Counted from the stretch's first letter, positions 23,814 to 34,702 are shown. The stretch is 35,497 nt of DNA from Octopus bimaculoides (GCF_001194135.2 NC_068999.1:31400443-31435939); one strand, 5' to 3'. Numbers and translations are program-made. The notes: generated from the sequence alone by a model not told the origin.

Positions 23814-23908
<95 letters not shown>
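23814..23908. repeat. (CA)n microsatellite
   Basis: Direct reading. Confidence 0.95.
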
Positions 23909-23910
<2 letters not shown>

Positions 23911-24974
23911 TTCTTAGTTCATCGTTTGAATGTACCGGTTCTGCAATCATTTTCACAGTCACTATCAACTCATATAAACATCACAGTCCTGTCTGTGTTT
24001 GAATTTCAAAATTTTATTAATAAATTTACATATTCAAGGACTAAGTTTTAATGTAAGAAGCGGCTAAATGGAAGATATTTTGAACTGTTCGTTCTTTGGT
24101 TTCCAAGGGCAAGTGTGATGTTTTATCTTTGAGCAAGTCAACATATCTTATTTACATGATCAGTATATAGTTAACTTAAATGTCTGGGTTGAGTCTTATG
24201 AAATGGATCAACGACTAATCCGGGAAGGAGGGTTACCAGTTTCAGAGTGAAATTGTTTTAATGGTACTATCGTTTACGTTTGATAGTTAATCTTGAAAAA
24301 TTTCGTCGATCTAACATATCTTGCTCTAAATGTTGTCCTGCCGGTGGCATTGCAACAAAATAGAGAACAAGATACGAAGTGTGAAATTCTGATCATTTAA
24401 TTACTATCTTTAAGGCATAATAGACATGTTTCATATATGTCTCTATATTTAACAAATGTCAGAAATAATGTAAAGTTGTTATTGATTTTAGCTGAGAATA
24501 GAAACATTTAATTAATTGTAGCAAAACGATTGTTCACAATAGAGATTTCGTTTTTTTCTTTTACAACTTATACACGACGAGACAAAATAACCGTTAGATG
24601 AGGTTTACGCTATCAAAATACGATTCGATCATTTATACTCGCTTCATGAGTTTGTTATGAAGCGGGTAGAAATGAATAGTAGCCGTAGCTATGTTAATTA
24701 CATAGTTATTTAGAAAAATTACTAGACCGTTGGAGATTTATAGGGAACCATACAATACATGCATTGTTTTATGAAGCGTTTAATTCTCGAGATGGCTTAA
24801 TGTCTTTGCTTTACATGCCTACATATTTATGAGCAGCTCTGAGTCAAGATGCAACTTTCATAAAATTCAACCCAAACATTTAAGTGTGCAGTGAGAGCTA
24901 GCAGTACCTTCATGAGACAGTGTGCTGAGTGATATCACTGAGTTTTCTTCGCAAGTCGTGAAATTTGTGCTTTT

Positions 24975-24986
24975 GTGCGTGCATGC

Positions 24987-25051
<65 letters not shown>

Positions 25052-25290
25052 TGATAAAATATTATATTACTGTAATGTGCTTATATTGACAAAGCTTCAA
25101 GAAATTATAGTAATGTGGTATTATTTCTATATTTTCAAATCAGAAAGAATTACAAAAGCTGGACTTGAATCATCTACATACACACGTATACACGTACACT
25201 CACACATGTATGCATGTATGTATGTATGTATGTATATATGTATGTATATATGTAGGTATGTATGTATGTATGCATGCATGTATGTATGTA
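24975..25290. repeat. (GT)n and (ATGT)n microsatellite blocks with a unique spacer
   Basis: Direct reading. Confidence 0.85.
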
Positions 25291-25672
25291 TTGATATAGA
25301 CCATAAATAGGTTAAAATATTGCTACTCAGTATTCCATGTCTTGATATATATTCCTGCAATCAATGGATGCTACGATAGTCATATTTATACGGAGTGATA
25401 CAGTGTATGAATTAACGTGAGAGATCCAACACAATTAATATGGCGTGGGTATGTTTGGTTTGTTATCTAATATCTGCAGCTGGGCTTAAGTGTGCTTGAA
25501 TTTAAATATCAGTTAAGATGAATTAAAGAATATCTATGACAAGTGTAAAATTACCAGCATCAAAGAATAAAAAGTAGAATCCGGTAACAAGGTTAGTAAG
25601 TAAACGGGAGATATCCAGTAGCTTAATCAAGTGCTGCAATAAATTCATGACATTGTAGCTAATATTTTAGCT

Positions 25673-26085
25673 ATAGGTGCAGGTGTGGCTATGGTAAAAA
25701 GTTTACTTCCCAATCATATGGTTCCGGGTTCAGTCCCACTGCGGGTTCAGTCCCACCTTGGGCGAGTGTCTTCTCCTGGAGTCTTGGGCTGACCAAAGCC
25801 TTGTGAGTGGGTTTGATTGGTGGAAACTGAAAGAAACCTGTCTTATATGTGTGTGTGTGTGTGTGTTTGTGTGTGTCTGTGTTTGATCCCAGCACCATTT
25901 GACAGCCGGGGTTGGTGTGTTTACATCTTCGTAACTTAGCGGTTCGACAAAAGAGACGAATAGCATAAGCACCAAGTTAAAAGAAAAAAAGTATTGGGGT
26001 CGATTCGTTCGACTAAATTTCCTTAAGGTGGTGCTCCAGCATGGCCGCAGTCTAATGACTGATTCAATTAAAAGATAAAAGATAT
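25673..26085 (+). mobile_element. tRNA-derived SINE, family 2, full length
   Basis: ATAGGTGCAGGTGTGGCTATGGTAA head, GGGTTCAGTCCC B box (duplicated), internal (GT)n, CAGCATGGCCGCAGTCTAATGACTG tail. Confidence 0.9.
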
Positions 26086-26140
26086 GAGTTAATAACATTC
26101 CACTCACCATTTCTGACACGACGGTACCACTTTATTCACG

Positions 26141-26262
26141 TTTTTTCTTTTACTTGTTTTAGTCACTGGATTACTGCCACGCTGGCGCAACGTCATGGAG
26201 AATTTTAGTCGAACAAATCGCCCCCAGAACCGATTATTTGTCTCAAGCCTGGCACTTATTAC

Positions 26263-26313
<51 letters not shown>

Positions 26314-26390
26314 TGTTTGAAGCGCTAGGTTACAGGTCGTAAACAAGCCCAGCACTGCCTGTCAAGCAGTGGTGGGGGACAAATACAAAC
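26141..26390 (-). mobile_element. SINE family 2, 3' half only, interrupted by (CT)n
   Basis: Reverse complement aligns to 25880-26085 (GCTTGACAG..., GTTTAC..GTAAC.TAGCG, GATTTGTTCGACTAAA). Confidence 0.8.
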
Positions 26391-26394
26391 GTGC

Positions 26395-26590
26395 GCCCTC
26401 GCGAAGATGAACAAACACAAAAAAGAAAAACAACGCGAGGACGTGGTACATGTAAAGTATTAGCAGACGCCCAGGGAAGGAAAGAAAGATGGTCTAACGT
26501 TCCGAGCAATGCTCTTCTTCAGAAACAGAGAAAAGTCCAATAGAAAGGAAGACGGAGGAAGAAAATCGCCAACGATTCATACACATATGT
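26395..26590 (-). mobile_element. Short interspersed repeat carrying a hammerhead-like motif, copy 2
   Basis: Homologous to 7476-7660 around the motif. Pyrimidine-rich leader on the minus strand. Confidence 0.6.
26492..26526 (-). ncRNA. Minimal type I hammerhead ribozyme-like motif (A13>G variant)
   Basis: Minus strand: GUUU-CUGAAGA-A-GAGC-AUU-GCUC-GGAA-C-GUU/AGAC. Intact CUGANGA, stem II GAGC/GCUC, ACGU palindrome, stem I GUUU/AGAC. Confidence 0.6.
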
Positions 26591-27133
26591 ATATATACAT
26601 ATATATANNNNNNNNNNNNNNNNNNNNNNNNNNNNNNNNNNNNATATATATAATGTGTGTGTATGTGTGTAGGTATGTATATATGCATGCATATATATCT
26701 GTATCAAGTACACTTTTTGATTGATGTAAATTATTTTATATCAACAAATTATTGATTTCAAATATTGCATGTGAAACTTTTACTGCTAGAAAGACTTCCA
26801 GATACGAGTTCCACTTCAGAGCTAAATGTTAGGCATGTCAAAATCCTTTGATTTTACTAAACTGAAATTTGCTTCCAGGATACTACTTCCGGAGTAATTA
26901 TGGAACATTTGAACCTCCTATGATATCGACAGTGTAAACGAACTGACTACAAACTACATCCGGGTTAAGTAACGAAGCATGACGTATGCAAATTTATAGA
27001 ATTCTGAGAAAATAATCAATCATTATCCAAAGTGAGTGATTATAGAATGTAACGACTCATATACAGTCGAAGAATACACGTACGTGCATACGCACATGCA
27101 CCCAAAAATACACACATGCATACTCTCACACAC

Positions 27134-27184
<51 letters not shown>

Positions 27185-27354
27185 ACACACACACGCACAC
27201 ATATATGTACACAAACGTTTACATATATCGCTGTATCGGTCACCTCTATATTTCAAACTGTTTATAACCAATATTCCATCACCTGAAAATGTCGCTTTTG
27301 ATATTCTTCAAAACATTGAAATCGCGTCAGAGAATTATGCTGGCCCTCATCGAA

Positions 27355-27788
27355 GTTAATTTACCGTTAGCACTGCATCGTCATTTGCAGTTAAGTTGCA
27401 ATTAACATTGCAACTGCTTTTGCAGTTAATTTTCCGTTAACACTGCAACCTCTACCGCAATGAATTTGTTGTTAATGCAGGAACTGCTACTGATACTAAT
27501 TTACAGTTAACACAGCAACCTCTAATGCAGTTAATTTCTTGTTAACACTGCAGCTGTTATTGTAGTTAATTTGCTGTTCACACTGCAACCACTATTGTAG
27601 TTAAATTACTGTTAACACTGCAACTGCTATTGATTTGCGGTTAACACTGCATCCGCTATTGCAGTTAATTTACAGTTAACACAGCAGCCTCTATTGCAGT
27701 TAATTTGCTGTTCACCTTGCAATCTCTATTGCAGTAAATTTGCTGTCAACACTGCAACCTCTGTTATAGTTAATTTGCCGCTGATACT
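27355..27788. repeat. 35-bp minisatellite, 12 units plus a partial unit
   Basis: Units start at 27355, 27390, 27425, 27460, 27495, 27530, 27565, 27600, 27633 (6-bp deletion at this junction), 27664, 27699, 27734 and 27769. Consensus GTTAATTTGCTGTTAACACTGCAACCTCTATTGCA. Confidence 0.95.
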
Positions 27789-28263
27789 CTTCCTTCCACT
27801 GTTGTTTTCTGTCTGAATGTCGTTTCTCTTCATTTACTTTTAGTTTTGGGTAATTTTCTGTCATAACAGTCAACTTCTGTAAAATGAAATCGATTAATCT
27901 TCATTATCAGCTGTTTCAAAACTACCGACTTCATTCAATTCAGTTTTTACTGGTTTCATTTATTGGACTGAGGCCATATTGGGGTAGTAACGTCTGTTTC
28001 ATCAAATAATTATATTAAAATTTGTGACTCGAAAGACAACCAAGTGCCATAGTCGTTACTCCCAAGTGAGTATGACCCGATAGCATATACCATACCTTCA
28101 CTTTTTGTATCACATGCATATGCAGTTGTGAGCAGTTCTAAGTCAAGGGTAGCAGGGTTTAGAGGCACTTTCCATCCTTGACTGTGGAACATCGAAGATG
28201 TGGCAGAAAGAGGGAGAGAGACGTGTCTACTAGCCACCGGTTAGTAGTCATGGCTATAACGTC

Positions 28264-28315
28264 CTTCGTCATCGGTCTGCTGGACCAGCTTTGACTTGGG
28301 CTAAACAACAATAAT
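28264..28315 (+). repeat. Short interspersed repeat 3' end, homologous to 17923-17974
   Basis: See 17923-17974. Confidence 0.5.
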
Positions 28316-29539
28316 CTTTCCTACATTTAGACATAGTTACTCAAGGAATTTAATACTGTTAGACTACTTTGTTAATGTGGCAGTTTCTGTTAACACCATT
28401 TTAGTAATAAATCTTACTGAAGTATTCTTTCGTGCTATTAGTACTAGCAGATTCAAATTTTGAGTGCCTTTCCTTTGTGCAAGATGAAGATGAAGATGCA
28501 GTCATTGCTGATTCTACACTTTTCGAATTCTCATTGGAACTGTATTAGGAGTGAAATGATTACCAATGTTTTATTATAGGAAATGAAACTTATCACCACA
28601 CTTTATGTTAAAGTATTTTCGGGCGTGTTAAATAACGAACATTTGCGTACAAACAACTGTTCTATTCTTCTATTTAACTGCAGATCAAATGAAATTCTAA
28701 TTAAGGAATCTTGAACTTTAATAAGAATTCCAACGTCCATTACATAATCTAGGCACAAATAATATTAACAAATGAACTAATGATTTGCCAAAACACATAT
28801 ATCTTCACTTTAGAATTACAAGGATCCTTGAGGTCAGTGCTTACTTTAGATTTCTGTAGTTTTAAGCAGATGACACAAAGTTTCTCTTTCTGAGAACGAC
28901 TCTAAACTATGATGGGTAGATTTTCGTGCCAGAAGAATGGGACCTGGCATTGTAAACAGCCAATCAATTAGTTGCAGATATGTACAACATTGAAGTACCA
29001 CCCATGACACCAACTATCTATTTCACAGTTTGTTGTCTGTCTTGCAACACACTTGACCAATTGTGATCTTAGTATATAACATACATAGATGACTGCTCTC
29101 TTAACTGTGTTTAGTTTGAATGCTATTTTGTAATATAGAATAAATCTATAAATTTTGATTAACACGTTGTACAAACACATTGTCTTTATATACAATATCT
29201 TCATAGGCAGAAAAGTGTGTCCAGCTAGAGCAGTTTCAATTTTGTGTTGAGACTTTATCAGTGATTAAGTCTCTTCTACATAACAGTGTTTTTATAAGCA
29301 ATATCATCATGAACAGCTGAAGAAGATAGTTCATTATTTACTTTGGTCTTCTGAATGTCTTCCATATCAGAATGGGCATTAGAATGACGGGATGAGGAGA
29401 GGTGAAGACTCAGGTGCATGGAGTAGTTGCTAGTTTATTGAAGCCGAAACTGTTGTAATCTCTATAGAGGAGTCAGAGTGAAGAAAGCAATAAGTTTGTC
29501 TCCCAGTACCTGCTGTGTTAGTAATTGTGTATTTTATCA

Positions 29540-31000
29540 ATCAAACGGGTGTCTTCAAGAAGATCATCTCGGATTCTTTTGTATGTTGTCTCTACACAAT
29601 TTTGTCCAACCTATAAAGGTATTTAAGGCAGTAAAATGCCTATATAAGATCGACAAGCGTTTTGAAGAATCATGGCCAAATATTGATGTCCTGACCAGCT
29701 TATTACCAAGGTACGGTCATGTCCGGGATAATTGACGATGCAAAGTTGATGGTAGTATTCCAAGTTGAGTCAAATATGGTTGTAGTCTGGAAATCGCACT
29801 TTTTGGTATGATATTTACAAATATACAAGCTAATTCATCCCAGAATTGAGAGATTTTGCGATTGCGGCAATTTTTTTAACTTGAGAAGACTGCGAGCTAA
29901 AACTAATGGGAAGAGTGCAGTGTACGAGTTCTTATTTGTAGACAACTGTGCTCTCAATACAGGCTCAAGATCTCATATACCATAGCGTATAGACAGGTTC
30001 TACACTGTCTACGATGTTTTCCACCTCACTATAAAAAAAACCCACAGAAGTCATGTACCAATCAATTCCACACAAGGATTTCTTGGGGCCTGCACTCACT
30101 ATCAACGATCTAACTTAACAGGCAGTTACGTGCATTGGTAGCTCTCTCAAATTCACATCAACGATGAAGTGAGCAAGAGTTGTTAAAATTTATAGAAGCG
30201 CTTTAGCAAAACAAGTTAAAAGTATATAGCGCCATTGTTTTGCCTACTTTGATATATGCCAGTGAGTGGTGAACTGTTCACTGCAGGTAAACCAAGAAAC
30301 TTAATAGATTCCACATGAACTGCTCGCTCAGTATGCTGCTACACATTCGCAGACAGGAAAATACGTAGCCTAGCGGTTAGGGCGTTGAGATCAAGATCAT
30401 AAAATCGTAGGTTAAATTCCTGGAGCAGTTGTCGTGGTGTACCCTTGAGCAAGGCTTTTGATTATATGCTTTTCAGTTTACTCATCTGAAAATGGGTACA
30501 AACTGAGTGCTGATATAGTTCTCTATCTCTCCAGCTGGCTGCTCCACTGGGTCAAAAGTAGGAAAGCCGACATGGTTTTATATCTGTGCACGACTAATAG
30601 CCATCTCACTAAAGCAACTGACAAAAGCATGCTGCATACTACCCTGTCTTATTCGCTTGCAAATGACGACTATGGTATTTGTTTGGTATTGTAAATAGAG
30701 CATTGTCCCAAATATTGAACTTCTCAATCATGCAGTGCAAGTTTGCTTTCTACAGTAATTTGTTAGAGGGAAACTCTCAAGGCCTCCTTAAAAGACTTCA
30801 ACATTAATCCACATTTAAGAAAGTGTCTTGTAACTGAGAGTGTTACTCTGTGCAGTCTCATAAAACAATGTGCGATGTTGTCAGTGCAGGCCAGAGACAG
30901 AAGAATGAGCAAAAGGTAAGTCAGAACTACTGTCACATTGGCAAAAATAGGGTTTCTCAATCACAAGAAAACAGTATTTAGGAATGACGTCATGGTTATC
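29540..31000 (+). mobile_element. Decayed RTE-clade (BovB-like) LINE ORF2, RT and C-terminal region, split by a SINE
   Basis: RIMAKY*CPD, VKYGCSLEIALFGMIF, FNLRRLRAKT...EFLFVDNCAL (LFADD-like), TEVMYQ, HINDEV, KVYSAIVLPTLIYASEW, LNRFHMNC..LHIR. Resumes after 30700 with IVPNIELL and KASLKDFNINP. Confidence 0.85.
30362..30700 (+). mobile_element. tRNA-derived SINE, family 3, nested in the RTE relic
   Basis: A box TAGCCTAGCGG (30366-30376), B box GGTTAAATTCC (30410-30420), then TGTACCCTTGAGCAAGG. The 3' boundary is inferred from where RTE homology resumes. Confidence 0.7.
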
Positions 31001-31221
31001 ATGTATTTGTATGAACCAACGAGGATATAATACACAGTTATCTATTTATTGTACGTTACTTGTAGCATAATTGACCATATAGCAATTATAGCGGATATTC
31101 CCCGACTCGTAACTGCAAAATACTTTAAGTCGCAATTTGATTGGTTCGAAATCTGGTTAAATAATTTCATCAATTTTCGGCATCTACTTGAGATGTAAAT
31201 GTATGTAAGATGAATATTATT

Positions 31222-31258
<37 letters not shown>

Positions 31259-32000
31259 ATATGTATTATACACGTGTCTATATCTTTGTATTGTATGCAT
31301 TGATGTATTTACGTGTAATATAAATACATCAATGTATTTGCACACATTACTTACAAATCTTAATATTTATGTGCATCTTATTTATGTCCATTGCAGATGT
31401 GTATGTATTTGCGTGTACTACTCTCATGAATGAATTTATTATGTTTATTTATCTACATCGTCATTACTGTTTATAATGACTTAATATAGAAACAGTTTCG
31501 AGAGAAGGAATTAAACGTTTATGTTTTTGAAGAAGCAAAAGTGGTTGTTAACAATATCGACCAAAATTGTAGAGCTGCCGGCAAAAAAAAAGAGACAAAT
31601 AAAATAAAATGAAATAATGATGCTGCTGTTGTTATAGGCGAGTTTAGTTGTATTGATCAATCGATTTAACATCATGCATGACTCTTTCTGGAAAGACTGA
31701 GGCATCATCTGCAGCAGATAAGACCAAATGAGACTCCTGTCTTGCAGAAAAAAATTATTAAAAAAAACTATGAAAATGTTGTATTATCCATTACTTGCCG
31801 ATATCGTGGTCAGTACCATAAACAAAGTGGTGTGTTACGTCAACCGAAACCACCAGTCAATTTCGATTTAATATTTGAAGTTGTCTCAGAACACTTACTC
31901 CGTTAATGTCTTTGGGAAATGAATGAAAACCGAAGCTTCTCGTTTCCACCTTCCCTAAAATATATTGGATTTCTGCTCACAAAGAAAAATTTCAACACGA

Positions 32001-32054
<54 letters not shown>
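32001..32054. repeat. (ATT)n array
   Basis: Direct reading. Confidence 0.95.
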
Positions 32055-32608
32055 GAGTGAGAGAGCAGCGCATGCCATCAAAATGACACTGGGATAAAAT
32101 ATACCAAGCTCAGTATACCCATCATGACTACCCGTCTGATAAGGGTACACCAGGCACATGCATCACAACCATATGTGCGCGACATGGTGATCTCATATCA
32201 AGATAAACAGCGCATGACCTCGCAGGTGGAGCCCAGTTAGAATTTTCTTCAGGTCAAGTAGCCCATCCCGCTCAAGAGGTCCCCGAATAAGGTTTGTTTC
32301 AGGATGTTGAGCAAAACACCCATGTTTCCAAAGGTGAATTATTCAAACCTCAAAGAATTCCTCTCAACACATGGCTATGATGCTCCCCCACTACTTCTGC
32401 TCATGATCAGAGATACACATATCGTCAGCCACCAAGGGACATGCTCAACTGGATAAGGTCAAACAACTGACAAGCAAATCTGTGGTATTAAGCAGAATTT
32501 TTGCTGTAGTCCATCTTTTATACCAAGACAAAACAATGTACATGATAACACTTCCAATCAATTAAGATCAGAAACCATGAGAGCACTGCCTGGTACTGCA
32601 TCCGGGCA
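32055..32608 (-). mobile_element. Non-coding ~555-bp repeat (family D, copy 1) bounded on both sides by (ATT)n
   Basis: Second copy at 34311-34651, roughly 85% similar by eye. No ORF and no clear A/B box. Orientation inferred from neighbours. Confidence 0.75.
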
Positions 32609-32624
32609 TTTATTATTACTATTA

Positions 32625-32682
<58 letters not shown>
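32609..32682. repeat. (ATT)n array; 3' tail/target of the adjacent RLE element
   Basis: Direct reading. Confidence 0.95.
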
Positions 32683-33431
32683 GCCTTTGCACAGTTTCTA
32701 ACGCTGGAGATGTACTACAGTGTCAGCTGTTCACTACCAGTGAACTAAGGTAACACCTCTTATTTTTCGAGTACCTTCCGGAGTATTCGAGCGGTTCCAA
32801 GCAGTGCTGTTTTCTGCAAGTGCTCCACCCTTATTGCAGTCCCTATTTGTTCCACGTACTTCTCGAGATTTTTGTTCACTGTTCCCAGGGCTCCGACAAT
32901 TATTGGTACCACTGCTACCCTTTTCATCGACCACAACTGCTTAACTTCTCAGGATAACTTGTCATATCTCTCGATTTGCTTTCTTCCTTATCGCATACCT
33001 TGTTGTCAGCTGGGCATGCTATATCTATGATCCAACATAGTTTGTTTTGTTTCTCAATTAAGACTATGTCTGGCTTCCTATTCTCTATCTCATGGTCGCA
33101 CTGAATTATAAAATCCCATAGGGTCTTTGCATTTCTATTTTCGACGATGCCTTCAGGTTTGTGGTTGTATCAATATTTTGCTCTCTTAAGTCCATACTTG
33201 TTGCAAAGTGTCCAATGGACAAGTCTGGCTATATTGTCGGGGTGTCTCTTATATTCCTTCTGGGCTAGTGGTGTACATTGGCTGGTAATATTCCATACGG
33301 TTTCACCGTTTTGTCCACAGATTCTGCACGTATCCCTATTCTGTATTTTATGTAGTTTGTTCTTAGTGCTTGCTCTTAGGCAGCACAGATTAGAGCCTCC
33401 GTTTTTTAAATCACTTTTAGTCATCCACAGC
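32683..33431 (-). mobile_element. 5'-truncated RLE non-LTR retrotransposon (family A; R4/Dong-like)
   Basis: CRICGQNGETVWNITSQC (CCHC, with H>N), KRHPDNIARLVHW, WDFIIQCDHEIENRKPDIVLIEK...WIIDIACPAD (PD-x-D nuclease), VVPIIVGALG, LQKTALLGTARILRKVLEK* (stop 32760-32762), a 77-nt 3' UTR, then (AAT)n. Confidence 0.92.
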
Positions 33432-33473
33432 CTTCTTCTTCTTCTTCTTCTTCTTCTTCTTCTTCTTCTTCTT
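33432..33473. repeat. (CTT)n array joining family A and family B fragments
   Basis: Direct reading. Confidence 0.95.
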
Positions 33474-33868
33474 CAGTAGTTTTATTTTTATAACGTGCTT
33501 TCACTTCACTACCGAGCGCAGGTCTGTACGCCTTGGGTATGTGCTGTGGTTTGCTGTGGTGCTCTTATGGTTACTGTATTGAAAGTGTTTTGCGTAGGAT
33601 GTGTGCAGTGCCCAGTAGTGCAATTTTCTGTATGTTATATATATTTGTAAGTCCTGGTGTTTTTGTTATGTATTTGTCTGAATATTTTTTTATTATACCT
33701 AAGGCACCTACTATGATAGGAATTGTTTCTGTTTTTAGATTCCACATTCGAGTTACCTCTATTTCCAGGTCTTTGTATTTTGAAAGTTTTTCCATTTCTT
33801 TTAGAGAAACGTAGTCATCTGCTGGTATTGATACATCAATTAGAAAGCATTCTTTCTTTATGATCTTG
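33472..33868 (-). mobile_element. 5'-truncated RLE non-LTR retrotransposon (family B, copy 1)
   Basis: KKECFLIDVSIPAD...EKLSKYKDLEIEVTRMW...IPIIVGALG...QKIALLGTAHILRKTLSIQ* with no internal stop, plus a 3' UTR ending ...AAAACTACTGAA. Confidence 0.92.
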
Positions 33869-33918
<50 letters not shown>

Positions 33919-34014
33919 CATTATTATCATTATTATTAATATTATTATTATTATTATTATTATTATTANNNNNNNNNNTTATTATTATTATTATTATTAT
34001 CATTATTATTATTA

Positions 34015-34072
<58 letters not shown>
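33869..34072. repeat. (ATT)n array with a short N gap
   Basis: Direct reading. Confidence 0.95.
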
Positions 34073-34300
34073 TAAGGCGGTGAGTTGGCAGAATCATTAG
34101 CACACTGGACGAAATGCTTAGCGGTATTTCGCCCGTTGCTACGTTGTGAGTTAAAATTCCGCCGAAGTCGACTTTGCTTTCATCCTTTCAGGGTCGGTAT
34201 AAGTACCAGTCGAGTACTGGGTCGATGTAATTGACTATCTCTCTCACCCAAATTTCAGGCCTTGTGCCTATAATAAATAGAAAGGATTATTATTATTATT
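34073..34300 (+). mobile_element. tRNA-derived SINE, family 1, full length, within (ATT)n
   Basis: TAAGGCGGTGAGTTGGCAGAA head, GAGTTAAAATTCC B box, GACTTTGCTTTCATCCTTTCAGGGTCG central block, (ATT)n tail. Confidence 0.9.
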
Positions 34301-34310
34301 TTATGATAAT

Positions 34311-34651
34311 AGTGCATGCCATCAAAGTGATCCTGGGGTAAAATATACGAAGCCTAGTATACCCATCATGACTACCCGTCTGATAATGGTACACCAGGCA
34401 CATGCATCACAACCATATGTACGTGACAGGATCTCATATCAAAATAAACAGCGCATTACCTTGCAGGTGGGTCCCAATTGGAATTTTCTTCAGGTCGAGT
34501 AGCCCACCCTGCTCAAAACGTCCCTGAAAGATTGTTCAAGTATGTTGAACGAAATACCCATGTTTCCTGAGGTGAATTATCCAAAACCCAAGGAATTCCT
34601 TTTAACACATGGCTATGATGCTCCCCCACTACTTCTGCTTGTGATCAGAGA
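34311..34651 (-). mobile_element. Family D non-coding repeat, copy 2 (cut by N gap)
   Basis: Aligns to 32066-32413. Confidence 0.8.
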
Positions 34652-34661
34652 NNNNNNNNNN

Positions 34662-34697
<36 letters not shown>

Positions 34698-34702
<5 letters not shown>

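Noticed and set aside
27355-27788. CRISPR-like 35-bp palindromic repeats
   Set aside because: Units are contiguous with no unique spacers, there are no cas genes, and the context is eukaryotic.
31620-31760. VVIGEF resembling an APE endonuclease GDFN motif
   Set aside because: A single short motif with no supporting neighbours.
32570-32608. U1 snRNA-like start of family D (TACCAGGCAG vs TACCTGGCAG)
   Set aside because: Similarity is about 10 nt and does not extend; chance is likely.
33860-34075. Poly-Ile/Tyr and similar low-complexity ORFs (also poly-HT, VC, ER, LS and N ORFs elsewhere)
   Set aside because: They are translations of microsatellites.
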